This document shows, in pieces, positions 60,414-64,000 of a stretch of DNA of 64,000 nt. Made by a program: the position numbers and the translations under genes. Under the pieces are notes generated by a model. The model was not told the origin of the DNA, did no database searches, and saw only the letters and a program-made list of their open reading frames with translations. The DNA comes from Acidobacteriota bacterium (GTDB lineage Bacteria > Acidobacteriota > UBA890 > WLXD01): NCBI GenBank assembly GCA_963666055.2, contig CAXWPH010000015.1:1056001-1120000 (forward strand), given 5' to 3'. Each line of letters starts with the position of its first letter. Position 1 is the first letter of the stretch.

Positions 60414-61436
60414 CTACTCCTCAGCATGCACGATCGTGTCAGGCCGGTACTTCTCCCACGCGAACCAGAGGGAGTAGGTCGAGATTATCGGCTGCAGATG
60501 CGCTCCCTGAAGCGCTCCGGAAACCGCCTCGCCGGTGATCGGATTCCACTTTGAGCCGGTTTGGTGATCCCGAAGCCGATCGTCGGAGTCGAGGCTGAAG
60601 CTCAACTCCTGGTCGTTAAGGGTTCGCAGGTAGATACGCGCCGTAGATAGGTCCGGCGCCAAGTACACGACGATCGGCGCGTTCTCGAAGACGTCCTCGA
60701 GCAAGCGCTTGCTAGCCAGCCGCCGCACCAGATAAGCGCGCGCTTCGACGTGACCCTCGAGGCCGACGATCAGGTCCTCCGAACGGATCGGCCCCGGCGG
60801 TTGGTTGGCGATCTCGTCGAAGGTCTCCCGGGTGAACCGCGCTCGATAAGGGACCGCAGGCTTCACATAGACCGTGGTCTCGGGATGCATCTCCCGCCAT
60901 TGACGCCAGGTCGTCATCATCGACGCACGCTTTTCGAGCGCTGTTCCTTCCAGCTCGCCGCTGACCGCCTTGCCAAACAGCTGGCTCCAGTGTGAGCGGG
61001 TCTGTGCGTCGTACATGATGAGCGTGCCCTCGTCGACGCCGACGACGCCGAATTGCAGCTCCCGGCCATCAAACTCGCGGGCGTACACGACGCCGCTGTG
61101 ATCGATCGGTCACCAGCTCGGCGCGATGAGCTCTCCACCGAGCTCGTCGTTGACGACCTCGTTGTTCGGCCCGTTCATGTAGTTGACTGGGTAGGCGCGT
61201 GCCTGGCCGTTGATCACCACACCCATGACGATGTCGTCGTCACCAATTTCGGCCTCGGACGCGGCGACGATCTCCGGATCGACGTTCAGCGGAAAGCCCT
61301 CCTCGCTGAGCATGGTGAAGTCGGACCGGTCGCGATTCGTCGGGCCGCGGCCCTGGGGCGCCTCGCCAAACGCCTGGAGCGGCAGCAGCGTCGCGCTGAC
61401 AACCACGAGCGCCAGTAACTTACTCAGTCCGTGCAC
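60414..61436 (-). CDS. DUF3179 family (seleno)protein with in-frame UGA at 61110-61112
   Basis: Two same-frame ORFs joined: ARAYP...EVVND.LGG..IAPSW-UGA-PIDHSGVVY...FGVVG..LIMYD.QT.S.W.Q. Hairpin 3' of the UGA. Confidence 0.82.
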
Positions 61437-61663
61437 GCTGCTCTCCTCTCGGTGAAGCTTCGTTGAAACCGTCGAACTTCACCGTACCATCAGCGGCGGA
61501 CGCCCCGGGTGTGTCGGCGCCGGTTCATTGTTGGGCAGGGTGCACAGATGCCCGTCGGTGCTGCCGATAAACAGCGCACCGCCACGGAGCGCTGGCGAAG
61601 ATCGAACGTAGCGCCGCCAACAAAGGGTCCCGACGCCAACGAGCGCCAGAGCGCGTCCGTCCG

Positions 61664-61725
61664 TTGGATCTCATACGCTTCGGCGATAGGCTTCAGGCGC
61701 TCAACCACCTTCCTCTGCTAGCGCC
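61664..61725 (+). promoter_or_regulatory. Kinase promoter TTGGAT-N17-TAGGCT plus leader
   Basis: Hexamers at 61664-61669 and 61687-61692. Confidence 0.75.
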
Positions 61726-64000
61726 ATGGAACCCGGCACCCGACTAGGCCACTACGAGATCCTCTCCCCGCTCGGTGCAGGCGGCATGGGCGAGGTGTAT
61801 CGAGCACACGACACCACGCTGGACCGTGATGTCGCGATCAAGGTTCTGCCGGAAGACTTCGCCGCCGACCCGGAGCGCCTGGTTCGCTTCCACCGCGAAG
61901 CGAGGCTCCGTGCCTCCCTGAATCACCCCAACGTCGCCACCATTTACGGGTTTGAGGAATCTGGCGGCGTACGCTTCATCGCCATGGAGCTGGTCGAGGG
62001 GCAGAGCCTCGCCGAGCAACTCAAGGCCTCCGGGCGCATCCCGGTCGACGTGGCACTGGAGATCGCTCGTCAGATTGCCCTGGCGCTCGAAGCTGCTCAC
62101 GAGGCCGGCGTCATCCATCGTGACCTCAAGCCTGCCAACGTGCAGGTCACTCCCGATGGCAACGTCAAGGTGCTCGACTTCGGCATTGCCAAGGTCCACG
62201 AACCGGAGGTGGCATCGGATCTGAGCCAATCACCCACGGCGATGGCACCCACGGCGACCGGCGTGGTCATGGGGACGGCGCACTACATGAGCCCGGAGCA
62301 GGCACGCGGCAAGCCGCTCGACAAGCGCACCGACATCTGGTCGTTCGGCTGCGTGCTCTACGAGATGATGACGGGCCGGACTGCCTTTGCGGGAGAGACG
62401 GTCATAGATGTGCTGACAGCAGTTCTCGAGAGGGAGCCTGATTGGACTGCTCTGCCGGAGACCACCTCCCCGATCATCCAGCGTCTGCTGCAGCGATGCC
62501 TGAGAAAAGACCCTGGACAGCGGCTCCACGACATCGCCGACGTTCGCATCGAGCTCCACGACGAGCAGCCTGAGCCCGCGCCACCGACTGACCGGCAGCC
62601 TCGTCCATTCATGATCGGACGCGCGCTGGTGGTCACTCTCGGCGCGGTCGGTCTATTGATGCTCGGCATCGCGGCTTGGCAAGCAATGCGGCCATCCTCG
62701 GGAACCGCTCCCGTAGTCTCGCGGTTGGTCGTGACCGTTCCCCCCGACCAGGAGCTCAACCAAATCGGGGGCTCGTACCCACTGGCGCTTTCGCCGCAAG
62801 GCGACCGGCTCGCCTACGTCGCGGAGACGCAGGGAAAGCTCTCGCTGTTCGTGCGCGATCTGGACGATTTCGAGGCACGGGCGATACCCGGAAGCGAGGG
62901 GGCACGATACCCGTTCTTCTCGCCCGACGGGGAGTGGGTGGGGTTCGTCACAGTCGGCCAGATGTTCAAGGCGGCGGTGGCGGGAGGACGCCCGATCGTC
63001 GTCAGCGAGTCAGCTTCCTTCGGACGCGGTATCAGCTGGGGAGCCGATGGCCATATCTATTTCATCATCAGCGGAGCGCCAGGGCTGTCTCGCGTTAGCG
63101 CCGACGGGGGTGCTCCGGAAGCCGTCGTCAGCCAGAACCCCGAGATTGACGCGCTGCGACACCGCTGGCCACACGTGCTCCCCGACGCCAGTGGAGTGCT
63201 CTCGACTGTGGTCATCCCGGCCGACTCGGTCAACCAGCAAGATCACCGTCTGGCGGTGTTGTCGTTTGCTACCGGCGAGTGGCAGGAGCTGGGCCAGGGC
63301 ACCCAAGGTCAGGTCATTCGAGACGATACACTCGTGTATCACGCTGCCAACGGTGAGCTGCGCGTCGTCGCCTTCGACCTGGACAGTCATAGGATCGCCG
63401 GTTCGCCGACCTCGGTGCACGATGGCGTGTTCCGGGCATCCGGCGGAGGAGGCGCGTACTTCGCCGTATCGCGGACCGGCTCGTTGGTATACGTGCGCGG
63501 CGGCTTCGACCGCAGTCTGGTCCGTGTCGATCGGGAGGGGCGCGATACCCCACTTACGGACGAGGTCCGTGGCTTCAGGCTCCCCAGGGTTTCGCCCGAC
63601 GGCAGCCAGGTGGCGGCGACGATCGATCCGCGCCCCTCGCAGGTGTGGGTGCTGGACGTGGCGAGAGGCACGCTGACCAAGGTGGCCGACGAGGGTCACA
63701 CCCTCTTTGCAATCTGGACACCCGATGGACAACGGGTGGTGTTTGCCCGCGGCGCTGACCTCTACGCACAATCGCGAGACGGAACGGGGAACGCCGAGCT
63801 GCTGTTGGGTGCGCCGTACAGGCAATACCCAGCCTCCTTTTCGCCCGACGGAGAGCTTCTCGTCTTCAACCAGGTGCATCCGACGACAGGCGCAGACATC
63901 TGGGCCGTTTCGAGCGAGGCGGAGGTCTTCCCTCTGCTGGAGACCGAGGCGGACGAGTATCGGGCGCGAGTCTCGCCAGACGGAAGCTGGATCGCCTACG
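61726..64000 (+). CDS. Ser/Thr protein kinase with TM and PD40 propeller (3' truncated by window)
   Basis: MEPGTRLGHYEI..GAGGMGEV, HRDLKPAN, DFG, YMSPE and SPDG repeats. Appears open to the window end. Confidence 0.92.
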   Translation, partial: MEPGTRLGHYEILSPLGAGGMGEVYRAHDTTLDRDVAIKVLPEDFAADPERLVRFHREARLRASLNHPNVATIYGFEESGGVRFIAMELVEGQSLAEQLKASGRIPVDVALEIARQIALALEAAHEAGVIHRDLKPANVQVTPDGNVKVLDFGIAKVHEPEVASDLSQSPTAMAPTATGVVMGTAHYMSPEQARGKPLDKRTDIWSFGCVLYEMMTGRTAFAGETVIDVLTAVLEREPDWTALPETTSPIIQRLLQRCLRKDPGQRLHDIADVRIELHDEQPEPAPPTDRQPRPFMIGRALVVTLGAVGLLMLGIAAWQAMRPSSGTAPVVSRLVVTVPPDQELNQIGGSYPLALSPQGDRLAYVAETQGKLSLFVRDLDDFEARAIPGSEGARYPFFSPDGEWVGFVTVGQMFKAAVAGGRPIVVSESASFGRGISWGADGHIYFIISGAPGLSRVSADGGAPEAVVSQNPEIDALRHRWPHVLPDASGVLSTVVIPADSVNQQDHRLAVLSFATGEWQELGQGTQGQVIRDDTLVYHAANGELRVVAFDLDSHRIAGSPTSVHDGVFRASGGGGAYFAVSRTGSLVYVRGGFDRSLVRVDREGRDTPLTDEVRGFRLPRVSPDGSQVAATIDPRPSQVWVLDVARGTLTKVADEGHTLFAIWTPDGQRVVFARGADLYAQSRDGTGNAELLLGAPYRQYPASFSPDGELLVFNQVHPTTGADIWAVSSEAEVFPLLETEADEYRARVSPDGSWIAY

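Overview
GC-rich bacterial accessory region, most likely from an Acidobacteriota genome or MAG (inferred from PadR+ADOP, acidobacterial VWA, GWxTD and kinase-PD40 genes). It encodes mostly exported hydrolases and oxidoreductases: 3 amidohydrolases, 2 sulfatases, CocE, a dipeptidase, 3 SpdH-like flavoproteins, NHL proteins and a PHM-like monooxygenase. It also holds ilvD and a cobalt nitrile hydratase operon. Main observations: (1) four Ser/Thr kinase-TolB/PD40 genes share a conserved promoter, and the 3' tail of two of them recurs as orphan direct repeats bracketing unrelated cargo genes, along with several kinase remnants; (2) a family of ~275 bp TIR-bounded structured repeats, each an inverted dimer of one core unit, sits at CTAG/TAG stops, and one fragment supplies a gene's RBS; (3) the nitrile hydratase alpha subunit has a Tat signal; (4) a DUF3179 gene has an in-frame UGA and is probably a selenoprotein; (5) several genes are frameshifted or truncated. 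I saw no rRNA, tRNA, CRISPR array, integrase, transposase or reverse transcriptase. All family calls come from motif recognition, not database searches.
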